A DNA stretch of 64,000 nucleotides from Phaeosaccion multiseriatum (lineage: Eukaryota > Protista > Ochrophyta, other classes), in contig OZ218961.1 in the NCBI GenBank assembly GCA_965112735.1, positions 2,976,001 through 3,040,000 of the forward strand, given 5' to 3'. The notes below the pieces were generated by a model, which saw nothing but the letters and a program-made list of their open reading frames with translations, made no database searches and was not told where the DNA came from. Positions 32,477 to 48,257 of this stretch are shown here, piece after piece; position 1 is the stretch's first letter; every line of letters begins with the position of its first letter. Both the position numbers and the translations under genes were made by a program.

Positions 32477-33259
32477 TCAATGGAGGGGGACGGCATCAAG
32501 GGTGGAGGTGGTGGAGGTGGAACATGTGGGCGAGGCCATGGCTCTGCTGAAAATATATATACTATATATATATATGTAATGTACATATATCTCGACTCTT
32601 TTCTTTCCCCCTTCATTAACTCTTGACTGTAAGATTAAGATTATGTAAGATTCTAGCCTGCTCGCGCCTTCCAGCCTTAGCACAAGCACAAGTTGATTGA
32701 CCTCCCTCCCGTACGGATTGAATGCTCGCGTCTTGGCGCAAAAGTCGCGACCACCACCCGATGGTGCTGCGGCGGCTGCTGCTGCTGGTCTCGTCGTGGG
32801 AATGGTCGTAGAGTAGAGTAGATGAGTCAACCGGGGCCGAGGAGGGGACGAATCATGCCGTCTCTCCCTCACGCTTTTCCCTCCCTCCCTCCCTCCCTCC
32901 ACCGAAGCCTCGAAGCTTGAGCTTGCGGGAGCAGTAGCAGCAGCAGCAGCAGCTCTGTGGGCATCTGATTGCTTGTCCGACGACGCCGCAAGACGACGCC
33001 GCAAGCTCCGCGCACGGCTGCTGCAAGTGGGCCCTTTCGCTTGTCTATCGTACCTGGGTCTAGAGGGAAAGATGGTCGTACCCTGCCGACTTCGGCGGAA
33101 GAGAGCTGCTTCCGCTCCACCTGACTCTGCGAGTACTTCATGTCTGTCTAAATGACGTGTACCTTCTGCCATCCCAGGGACGGAACGCCATACCCGCCAG
33201 CCCTCTTTGTAACCGTCAGCCCTCTCCAAATCTGGCCTCTCCTCTGTCTTGTGCCCCAT
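32477..33259 (-). CDS. Possible multi-exon hypothetical gene; structure unresolved
   Basis: ATG-initiated ORF with several internal GT donor-like sites. No family recognised. Confidence 0.3.
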   Translation of the reverse strand: MGHKTEERPDLERADGYKEGWRVWRSVPGMAEGTRHLDRHEVLAESGGAEAALFRRSRQGTTIFPSRPRYDRQAKGPTCSSRARSLRRRLAASSDKQSDAHRAAAAAATAPASSSFEASVEGGREGGKSVRERRHDSSPPRPRLTHLLYSTTIPTTRPAAAAAAAPSGGGRDFCAKTRAFNPYGREVNQLVLVLRLEGASRLESYIILILQSRVNEGGKKRVEIYVHYIYIYSIYIFSRAMASPTCSTSTTSTLDAVPLH

Positions 33260-33458
33260 TCATAATGGTTGGCTGTCTTCCCCACCCCTCTGTTGCTTGC
33301 AAGTAAAGTACTCAAGGCACAGCGCAAGGGGTGTGTGAAGGAGATCCCCTTCCCCCCCCCCCCCCACCCTCTTCCCTTCCCTGCACGAGTCCGCGAAACA
33401 CACTATGCCCCACGGAGGGTATGGCGGCGGTACGTCGAGTGGTCAGTCATCCACGATA

Positions 33459-34553
33459 TCAAGCCCCCACAAGGATACGCTCGGGCTGCGCCTCCTCCTG
33501 GTCTACTTCCACTTCCCCCGCCCCTCCTGCTGCTCCTGCTGCTGCTTGCACCACAGGCATCACAGGTGCATCGGTCGGCACCGCTGGCAGCTCCACTTGT
33601 TGTCCTACTTGGGTCACCGGTGCTGCAACCGGAGCCTCGGGCATTTGCTCCCCTAATTCTGCCGCCATTTCCTTCTCCAGGGCAGCGAACTCATCGCCAA
33701 GCTCCTGCTCTGCTTCTTCTGACCAGCCACCTCCCAGGGCACGACCAATCTCCTCCTCGATGGCTATGGCCTCTGCCGAGTCTGCCATGAGCTGCTCCAC
33801 TTGCTCGACAGGCATCTCCTCGTGAAGACGGTCGAGGATGCTGTTGCCCTTCTTTAGCGCGTCAAAGACTTGCATTTGCTGTGTCTCGAACGCAATGTTC
33901 TCAATCTGGTGAGAAGAGGGTGGGGGGGGGCAAGCGGGCGTGTGAGGGTTGGTTTTACATTGAGGACGTGACGTGCATTTCTGCTGCTGCGGAAGCCGAC
34001 GCGACAGGTTCGTATGCCCCTTATACAACGAGCAGAGGGCTCCTCCATGCTAAGCAAGGAGGTACGAAAGAAAGGGACGGGGTAACAAATTATCCGTGTG
34101 GCTTTACTCTCCCCTCAGCCATAAGAGTGACTAACTCACCATGGTCTCTACGGTCAGAAGCTGCGCATCTGCCTTATCGCACTCTTGGTTCTTGTACTTC
34201 TTAATCTTGAGAAGCAGCAGTGCCCGGTCCTTCCTCCCTTCCTTCACCAGCTGCTGGGCTTGTGAAAAGAGACGGTCAGTCTCCACTGTCAGCTGTGGGA
34301 GCGTTGTGAGAGGTGTGACAAAAGAGTTAGACGGGCGTTAAGTAGCTGTGGCAAGCCTCGGACAGACCGGGGAGGAGGGAGAAGGGTGGAAAGGGATAGA
34401 AAGGAGAGGGGAAGAAAAAATTCCACCCACCTTCTTTTGGTATCGCTTCAGGCGATCTCGACTGTTCTTGAGGTCAAGCACGGCCCTGTCATGGTCTGTG
34501 ATCTTGCTCTTTCCCTTCTTCCCCTTCTTCTTCTTCGAGCTGAACTGTCCCAT
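33459..34553 (-). CDS. VPS20: ESCRT-III subunit VPS20/CHMP6. Exons 34431-34553, 34140-34292, 33459-33905
   Basis: MG myristoylation-type start, KITDHDRAVLDLKNSRDRLKRYQKK, RALLLLKIKKY and IENIAFETQQMQVFDALKKGN. Confidence 0.92.
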
Positions 34554-34927
34554 CGTCTTGTTTGCTGCGTTGCGTCTACACCCCCCCGCCCCCCCCCCCC
34601 CCCCTTTTCTCTCATCACAACTGGCACGATCGATCTTTATGGTCCTAACACCCATCATTTTTCACTTCTCAGGGAGCAAGGGAGCAAGCAGCGCCACCAC
34701 CAGCAGCAGCAGAGTATCAGCAGCAGCATTTACGTCTCTATTGGACATCGTTGAAGAGGAAGGAAATCCGAAACTAGGGCGAATAGAAGGGAAACATGGA
34801 AAGACAATTAACAGCTGTGTAGCCGTCACTGCTGATCTGCAGACGGCAGGGGGGAGAGAGGGGGGGAGGGATTGCTGAAGCGAACAGCGACTTGACAGAC
34901 CGTTTCTCGCCATCGAGGAGCACTACA

Positions 34928-37900
34928 ATGAATGGGAACGGGGGGCTGAACGGCCATGCGTGTGATAGCGCACATTCCAACGACGGCTCTTCGAAGCGCA
35001 GCAGCAGTAGCAAGTCTCTGGACCATAGAGAAGTCTGGTACGAGGTGCCAGACGCACCAGTGACCTATCCCGGCCGCTCAGAAGAGCTTCACGCATCACT
35101 GTGGGCCACCCTGTTTGGCTATTACACATGGATATCCCTCATCATCGTTGGGAAGGCTCGAGACTGGCTTGGCGCAGGTGAGCACCTCTTTCCTCACTCA
35201 TATGACCAAAATCCGAGTGTAGATGCACTGCTGCTGCTGTCGCAACCCCCCGCCATGCCGTAAATTCATTCTACAGTTGCTGGCCCTTGTCCCCCCCAGT
35301 CACCCCCTCCTGTCCGTCTTCGCCTCTCCCTTCCTCTGACTCTCTCTATACTCCTCGTTATCAGTCTTCGGTCGATCACGGTACCGCGGGGAGACGCAGC
35401 CCCCCGAAGGATATGCCCCGCTGTTCAAATCCTTTGAGAATTTCTACACTCGGCGACTCTACAACCGCATCCAGGACTGCTGGAACAGGCCCATCTGTAG
35501 TGCGCCGGGCTCTACCATTGAGGTCATGGAGAGGAGCTCTGAGGACGGCATGAAGAGCCTCAGGTGAGATAGACGAGAGAGCCAAACAAACGTATTGAGG
35601 GCACTACACGTGGCAGGAGGAGGCGTAGACACACACTGAGACGGGGCGACGATACTCGCTCAATGTGTAGTCACGGCGAGGAGGGATGGGGGGGGACGAC
35701 CGCAGCAACGCTGCTAGTATACTACAGCGGGTAGCAGCCGTTACCTCAGCTTAACAATCCTCCATACCCCCCCCTCCTTCCCTCCCGCCCTCCCGCCGAC
35801 CCTCCCTCCCTCCTTCCCATCCATGTCCACCTCCACCTCCATTCAATCTTTGCCATTTCCCCTTTTCACAATCCCCCTCCCCCTCCTTCTCCCCCCCCTC
35901 CTCCTCCTCCTCCTCCTCCTCCTCCTCCTCCTACTCCTCCTCCTCCCCCTCCCCCTCCCCCCATTCCTAAAGCCTCACTGGAAGCACCAAGCGCATGCTG
36001 AATCTCGGGTCCTACAACTACCTTGGGTTTGGCGACGACTGGAGGACAACGTGTAAGCCTGGCGTTGTGTCCGTGCTCGACAACTTCCCAGTGGGCATGG
36101 CGGCCAGTCGGTGAGAGCAGCGCGGTGGAGGGGGGAGGGTAGCACGACAAAGGGTGGAAGGAGGCAGGATCCTTTGTGAAGTGTGTGTGTGCGCGTGGGT
36201 GGTCAGCTCCCAACCAACCATGAGCTCCTATTCTCTCTCTACACACATGCGGTGTGTAACGGCGTGTAACGTATGTAACGCTCGTGTTGTATATATCCTT
36301 GCCTCTGTCTCCTGTCTTGTCTCGTCTCTTCTTTGCTGTTTCCTGTACTCTATCCGTGTAATGTGATGGGTGCTGTGGTGTGATGAGAGCAGGCAGGCCT
36401 TTGGCTCAACCACAGAACACCGAGAGCTAGAGAAGCTTGTGGCACGCTTCCTCGGCAAGGAAGACGCCGTTGTCTTCAACATGGGCTACGGAACAAATGC
36501 CTCCACCATTCCCGCCCTCATGGGGAAGGGAGACCTCATCATCTCAGACACCCTCAATCACATGTCCATTGTGAGCGGCTGCAGGGCCTCAGGGGCACAG
36601 ATCAGAGTCTTTCAGCACAACGATGCGGAGGACCTAGAGGAGGTGAGTGTGTTGGTGATACGGAGGGAGGAGAGAGGGAGGGAGAGAGGGAGGGGAGGGA
36701 GGCGAAGGGAGGGGGAGGCGAAGGGAGGGAAGGGAGGCGGAGGGAGAGAGGGGGGAGAGGGAGGGAGGGGGGAGAGGGAGGGAGGGGGGAGAGGGAGGGA
36801 GGGGGAGTGAGGGGGGGGGGAGAGGGAGGGGGAGGGAGAGAGGGGGGAGGGAGGGAGGGGGAGGGAGGGAGGGGAAGGGAATAGAAGGGGTGAGACTTCC
36901 CATCGCCTCTGTTGTCCCGTAGCCCTCTGTCCTGACACCCCCTCCTCCGTCCTGACACCCCACCCCTTCTGTCCTGGTACTTCTCTCTTGTCCTGACACT
37001 CCCCTACCCCTGACCCCCGACCCATATTCCTGTGTGTTGGAAACATAGGTGCTGAAGGAGGCAATTGTGATGGGCATGCCGCGCACCCGCCGACCGTGGA
37101 AGAAGATCCTGGTCATGGTGGAGGGCATATACTCCATGGAGGGGGAGGTGGTGGACCTCAAACCCATTGTGCGAGTGGCCAAGAAGTACAAGGCGTATGT
37201 GTACCTCGACGAAGCCCACAGCATCGGCGCACTGGGGCTGACGGGCAGAGGGGCGTGTGAGTACTGTGGAGTGGACCCTGCCGATGTAGACATCCTGATG
37301 GGCACCTTCACCAAGAGTTTTGGCGGGATGGGCGGTTACATTGCCGCCGACAAGCATATTGTGGACTATCTGCGCGTCAACTGTGCCGGTATGCTCTACC
37401 ACAACAGCATGTCGCCCGTCGTTGCGAGGCAGGTCAGTATTCTCCCTCTAGTTTCCCTGCCTGCCTCCCTCCCCACCTCCCTCCCTCCCGCCCTCCCTCC
37501 CTCCCTCCCTCCATCTATCCATCCCTCCCTTCCTCCCTCCCTCCCTCCCTCCCTCCCTTCCCTCCCTCCCTCCCTCCCTTCCCCCCTCTGTTCCGTGCCC
37601 TTACTTTGGCGCACAGAGCTGCTTCCTTCCCCTCTCATAAGAACCTCCTGTCTCCCTCCCCCTCCCCCCTGTCTGTCACGTAACATGCCGTATACTAAAC
37701 ATATCCTTACGTACCCTTACATAAGGTGTTCGTGGCCCTCCAAATCATCATGGGCGAAGACGGCACGGACATTGGCGCCTCCAAACTCAAGGCCCTTCGC
37801 GACAACTCCAACTTCGTCAGACACCGCCTCACCAAGATGGGCCTCCACGTGTATGGTGATTACAACTCGCCCGTCATCCCTGTGGTGCTCTACGTACCGG

Positions 37901-38112
37901 GCAAGATGGCGGCCTTCTCCCGAGAGTGTTACAAGAGGAGCTTGGCTGTGGTGGTGGTGTGCTTCCCCGCCACGAGCCTGCACACGGGACGCACGAGACT
38001 GTGTGTGTCGGCGGGGCATAAGAAGAGAGACTTGGAGATTGCCCTGGACAGGATGCACGAGGTGGTGAACTTGATCAAGATTAAGTACAAGAATAATATG
38101 TTCGGCTTGTAG
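34928..38112 (+). CDS. LCB2: Serine palmitoyltransferase catalytic subunit LCB2, multi-exon
   Basis: Motifs [65 protein letters not shown] and [11 protein letters not shown] (PLP lysine). Confidence 0.95.
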
Positions 38113-38252
38113 TGGTGAACTTGATCAAGATTAAGTACAAGAATAATATGTTCGGCTTGTAGTGGTGAACTTGATCAAGATTAAGTACAAGAATAATATG
38201 TTCGGCTTGTAGGATCAAGATTAAGTACAAGAATAATATGTTCGGCTTGTAG
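38063..38252 (+). repeat. Tandem repeat of the last 50 bp of LCB2 including its stop codon: 3 full copies plus a 40-bp partial
   Basis: tggtgaacttgatcaagattaagtacaagaataatatgttcggcttgtag starts at 38063, 38113 and 38163; the partial copy is 38213-38252. Confidence 0.95.
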
Positions 38253-38396
38253 GCTTCAAGGCGGCGAGCCAGAGGGGGAGGGAGAGAGGGAGGCAGGGAG
38301 GGAGGGGGTGGGGTTCGTATTCCCCTGAGGCTGGGGGCCGAGGTTGGGTTTTCATATCACCCTCCCTTTTCACGTTATATAATATTACATAATGCA

Positions 38397-38806
38397 ATCA
38401 TAATGGTAATGAAGAAAGCGTATCTTATTCCTTTAGGTGCGCAGCAAGACGTCTTGACCTCATAATCGGGTAGGGGAAGCACTTGGCATCTCCCGCCGCA
38501 AACCCTCCCTCTGCGGCTGCCTCCCCTCCTCCCTCCCCTCCTCCCTCCCCTCCTCCCTCACTTCCCTCCCCTCCCCTCCCCTCCTCCACCTTCTCTCTAC
38601 CATCATAATGGTAATGAAGAAAGCGTATCTTATTCCTTTAGGTGCGCAGCAAGACGTCTTGACCTCATAATCGGGTAGGGGAAGCACTTGGCATCTCCCG
38701 CCGCAAACCCTCCCTCTGCGGCTGCCTCCCCTCCTCCCTCCCCTCCTCCCTCCCCTCCTCCCTCACTTCCCTCCCCTCCCCTCCCCTCCTCCACCTTCTC
38801 TCTACC
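38397..38806. repeat. ~205-bp direct tandem duplication
   Basis: atcataatggtaatgaagaaagcgtatcttattcc...ccttctctctacc occurs twice back-to-back. Confidence 0.92.
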
Positions 38807-38868
38807 TACGCCAGAACAATTGCCAACCCGAGCAACGATCCAACCAACCAACCAACCAACCAACCAAC

Positions 38869-38903
<35 letters not shown>

Positions 38904-38944
38904 CCAAGCAAGCAACCAACCAACCAACCAACCAACCAAGCAAC

Positions 38945-38983
<39 letters not shown>

Positions 38984-39039
38984 GTGTGTCTCTTGCCCAA
39001 GCTCACTATGGAGCATCAGCCAGCGCGTGCCCACCGACC

Positions 39040-39180
39040 CTCATCGACAAACCATCGACAAACCATCGACAAACCATCGACTACCATCGACAAACCATCG
39101 ACTACCATCGACAAACCATCGACAAACCATCGACAAACCATCGACAAACCATCGACAAACCATCGACAAACCATCGACTG
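39040..39180. repeat. 11-bp minisatellite (aaaccatcgac) with 10-bp variants
   Basis: Read directly. Confidence 0.9.
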
Positions 39181-39225
39181 CCATCGGGCCCTCAAAAGGG
39201 CTCTCAAAAGGAAAAAGGGCTCTCA

Positions 39226-44054
<4,829 letters not shown>

Positions 44055-44203
44055 CTTTTAGCTGCTTCTTCCTCCCAAGATAGATAGAGAGCGAAGTTGC
44101 CCCCTCCCGACCCGACCAATTTCTGAAACTTTCACGTGGAAACTTTCATGACTTATGGGCGGGCCGTAGGCGGAAAAAGCCCGCGAGAACATATATCAAC
44201 AGA

Positions 44204-45145
44204 ATGTGCCGTGTGGGAAGCAGAGGGTCTCTGATACTCTCCCTCTGTCTGGCGGGCCGAGGAGGACAGGCACGCGCGTTTGTCGCTAACATGGCTTCTT
44301 CTGGGGGCTCAGGGACGCCTAAACGAGTTTGTGTCATAGGGGCGGGCGCAGCGGGGTTGGCTTCCTCGAAAGCGCTGCGGGATGTGGGCCTGAGCGTCAC
44401 GTGTTTTGAAGGAGGTGAGCCCAGAGCCCATCTATCTATCCTACCTTCCGAGCTGGCCAGTCCAGTCCTCCTGCTTCCTCTCAACCCACAACTCCCTCGG
44501 ATATGCTCCTCCCCTGCCTCCTCCTCTCCGCACCGCGTCCTCAGACGAGCATGTAGGAGGCGTGTGGCGTTACAAAGAAGCAGATGGCCCAATGTACCGC
44601 AGCCTCCGCACCAACCTGCCGAAGGAGCTGATGGCATTTCGCGGCGACCCCTTCCCTGCCCGAGTCAACAGCTTCCCCACCCACGGAGAGGTTTACGAGT
44701 ATCTCAGGGACTACGCGGTTACTCATGACCTTGGTCCACTCATTCGCTTCGGTTCGAGGGTTCTCAACGTGGCCAAGCGCTCCGACGGGTCGGTCTGGAC
44801 TGTGCGGTGGCAGAGAAGCGAGGCTGCTTTCGCTGCTGATGAACCACAAGGACGACGACGAGGAGGAGGAGGAGGAGGTGATAGTGCAGGAGGATCAATT
44901 TTCGATGAAGACTTTGACGCTGTCGTGGTGTGCAACGGTCACTACGACGTGCCTTCCATGCCCGGTATTGCAGGCCTGGCATCGTACACGGGAAAGTTGG
45001 AGCACAGTCTGACGGTAAGACAATCGAGCGCCGGAGGTGATGGCGGGGGTTGCCGTGGATCTGACGCTCTGATTCTCCTCCCTCCCCCCCCCCCCCCCTC
45101 CCTTCCTCCTCCTCCTCCTCCTCCTCCTCCTCCTCCTCCTCCTCC

Positions 45146-45195
<50 letters not shown>

Positions 45196-45202
45196 GTCAT
45201 CG

Positions 45203-45253
<51 letters not shown>

Positions 45254-46442
45254 CATCATCACCACCGACACCACATACAGTACGACGAGCCTTCGCCATA
45301 TCGGCGGCAGCGTGTGCTGTGCATCGGGGCCCGGAGCTCAGGAACGGACATTGCACGGGAGATAGCTGAGTTCCATCATCATGAGGTAGAAGGAGGAGGA
45401 GGAGGAGGAGGGAGGGAGGCGTCGGAGGTAGAACCCGCCGTTCACGTGGTGGATAAAGGCTGCCATGAAAGCGTTCTGGGTGGAACAAGGGGTCGAGTGT
45501 GGCGAAGGCCCGACATTGAGGCGTTTGAGGGGGGCAAGGGGGTGCGGTTTCAAGACGGTAGCAGGGCAGAGGTGGACACTGTGATTTATTGTACAGGCTA
45601 TGAGTACGATTTCGCCTTTCTGAAGCACCATTTACAAGAGGGACAACGGGTGGAGGAGCATCAGCAGGATGAGGAGGAGTTGAAGGAGGAAGCAGCCGCG
45701 GTGGCGAAGCGGGAAGAGACAAGTAATAGCAGTAGCAGCAGTAGGAGCAGCAGCAGCAGCAGCAGCAGCAAGGCGGGCACCGACGAGACCGACCGAATAC
45801 TCGTGAGGGCGGAGAACAGAAGTGTGTCTCCTCTGTTCTTGGACCTGTTCCACGTACAAGACCCCACGCTCTGCTTCATTGGGCTACTGCACAGCGTTGT
45901 GCCATTCCCTCAGTTCGACATACAGGTTTGATATGGAAGATGGAGGGGAGGGGACGAGCTGCAGGAAGAGCACATACCTCGTATCGCGAAGACACACACA
46001 AATCTCAACACCTCTGGCTTGCTGGCTTGCCTCTCTCTCCCCCTCTCAGTCTCTCTCTCTGTGTGTCTCTCCCTCTCTCCCCCTCTCTCTCCGTGTCTCT
46101 CTTTCTCTGTGTGTGTCTCTCTCCGTCTCTCTCTCTGTGTGTATGTCTCTCCCTCTCTCTCCGTATCTCTCTCCCTCTCTCTTTCTCTCTCTCTCTCTCT
46201 TTCCCTTTCTCAATCCCGCCTGTTCCGCACCAATCCTCCGCAGGCGCGCCTGGCTGCCGCTGTGTATTCAGGCCAAGTCAGCTTGCCTTCGGAGGAGGCC
46301 AGACGAGAGGCCTTCGAAGCCGATAAAAGATCGCTCCGGGAGAGGGGGGGGCGAGAGAAGGATGCCCACTACCAGGGTGGAATGCAGTGGGAGTACAACA
46401 GGAAACTTGCCAAGGTAGGGTAGGAATGACTGACTGACTGAA

Positions 46443-46490
<48 letters not shown>

Positions 46491-46557
46491 TGACTGACTG
46501 ACTGGCTGACTGACTGACTGACTGACTGACTGACTGACTGGCTGACTGACTGACTGA

Positions 46558-46598
<41 letters not shown>

Positions 46599-47478
46599 TG
46601 ACTGACTGACTGACTGACTGACTGGCTGACTGGCTGACTGACTGACTGACTGGCTGACTGACTGACTGACTGACTGACTGACTGACTGACTGACTGACTG
46701 ACTGACTGACTGACTGACTGACTTCGATCTTGGCCTTCAACACTCTCCCCAACTCTATGGTCATTTCGCTTGCGCCAGACGCTATGAATCGTTTCCGTAA
46801 CTGCCAACCGCGCTGTCACTGCCGCCCTCTCTCGTCCTCTTCGTCTTCTCATCTCTCCTCCCTCTGTGCCACTCCATACGCCGGTCCTCCTGACGGGTAT
46901 AATATCTCTCTCTCTATATATATGTATATATGTGTGTGTGTATCCTGACGGGAATAGATCGGGGGCTTTTGGAATGACGCTTTCGAACGGCAACTTCAAC
47001 TGTGGGAGGCGCTGTACAATCACGCGGGCACCACCAGGCCGAAATTCCCAGGGGTGCGTCAGACAAAGGGGAAGGGGAGGACCGGGAAGCACTCACTCGC
47101 TCAGTCTTGCCGACTCTTATCGGTCCGTGGTTGGGACGCGCTTATGTTGGCCAGCCGTCTCGCCTTGTCTGCCTACCTACGTGCTGCCTGCCTACCTGCC
47201 TGCGTGCCTGCCTGCCTGCCTATCTGTAACCCCTCCTCCTCCTCCTCCTCCTCCTCCTCCTCCTCCTCCTCCTCCTCCTCCTCTGCCTCCTTTTTACTGT
47301 TGAACAGGGACCGGACTCGTACCGCGACAACCAGTACATCATCGACGAGCAGCAGGGCACCTTTGAGGTAGTGAGCGGAGGGAGCAGAGACGATACGGGA
47401 AAAGTGATAGTCCAAGGGCAAGGGCATCCGCAGGCAGCTCAGGCAACTGATGAAGCTGAGGGAACTGCAGGCGGCTGA
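44204..47478 (+). CDS. Flavin-containing monooxygenase (class B FMO). Exons approx. 44204-44415, 44545-45014, 45280-45925, 46242-46413, 46958-47053, 47308-47478
   Basis: Motifs VIGAGAAGL (FAD), VGGVW.Y, MYRSLRTNLPKELMAF, DAVVVCNGHY, YTGKLEHSLTY (FMO motif), IGARSSGTDIARE, DTVIYCTGYEY and C-terminal PDSYRD. Confidence 0.92.
46427..46722. repeat. Intronic (GACT)n/(GGCT)n microsatellite
   Basis: Read directly. Confidence 0.95.
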
Positions 47479-47803
47479 GGCGGCTGAGGCAGCTGAGGCA
47501 ACTGAAGGCAACTGCAGGCAGCTGAGGCAGCTGCAGGCAGCTGAGGCAACTGAGGAAGCTGAGGCAACGGCAGGCAGCTGAGGCAGCTCAGGCAGCTGAG
47601 GCAAGTGCAGGCAACTGAGGCAGCTGCAGGCAGCTGAGGTAACTGCAGGCAGCTGAGGTAACTGCAGGCAGCTCAGGCAACTGAGGAAGCTGAGGCAACT
47701 GCAGGCAGCTGAGGTACTGCAGGCAGCTCAGGCAACTGAGGAAGCTGAGGCAACTGCAGGCAGCTGAGGCAAGCAGGCAGGCAAGTGAGGCAGCTGAGGA
47801 AGC
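47430..47803. repeat. Degenerate 9-bp repeat (gcagctgag/gcaactgca/gaagctgag) spanning the FMO stop codon and 3' UTR
   Basis: Read directly. Confidence 0.88.
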
Positions 47804-48257
47804 TGGGGTACATGGAGAAGTGGCGGAGGAAAGAGGCGCGAGTGGGGGAAGCGTAGAGGGCTTCGGCGAATGCTCTGTGAGAGCGGTGCACAGATTTTAA
47901 AATAAGAAGTACTTCGTGTGTAGTTACTTATCAGTACGTAAGATTACATGCATGTACACTTCACATACTACGAGGTGTTTCATGAGCGTTTTATAAATCG
48001 AAGCACGTGCAATGGAGCCAACACCTCCTTCGATTTGTGTTGTACAGTGTTGTCGTACACTCTGTCCACAATCACACACTCAACACTCGAGTTAATACGT
48101 GAGTTCACCCTCCAAGCAGTTACCACTCGAGCTCACCCTCGAAGCAGTTAACACTCGACTTAATGGGCGAACCAGTTAACCCTCGAAGAAGATGCGAGTA
48201 ACATTAATCCTTCACTACTCCGCACTGTAGCAAATGCTCTTCCTCCCTCCTCAACAC

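Noticed and set aside
24107-38112. Lipid/PLP metabolic gene cluster (DHHC, threonine aldolase, LCB2)
   Set aside because: These are housekeeping genes interspersed with unrelated loci, and nothing in the sequence shows co-regulation.
38630-38812. Terminal coding exon of the coiled-coil gene inside the 205-bp duplication
   Set aside because: An in-frame stop already exists at 39226 and no convincing frame-consistent splice was found, so it is left as UTR/intergenic.
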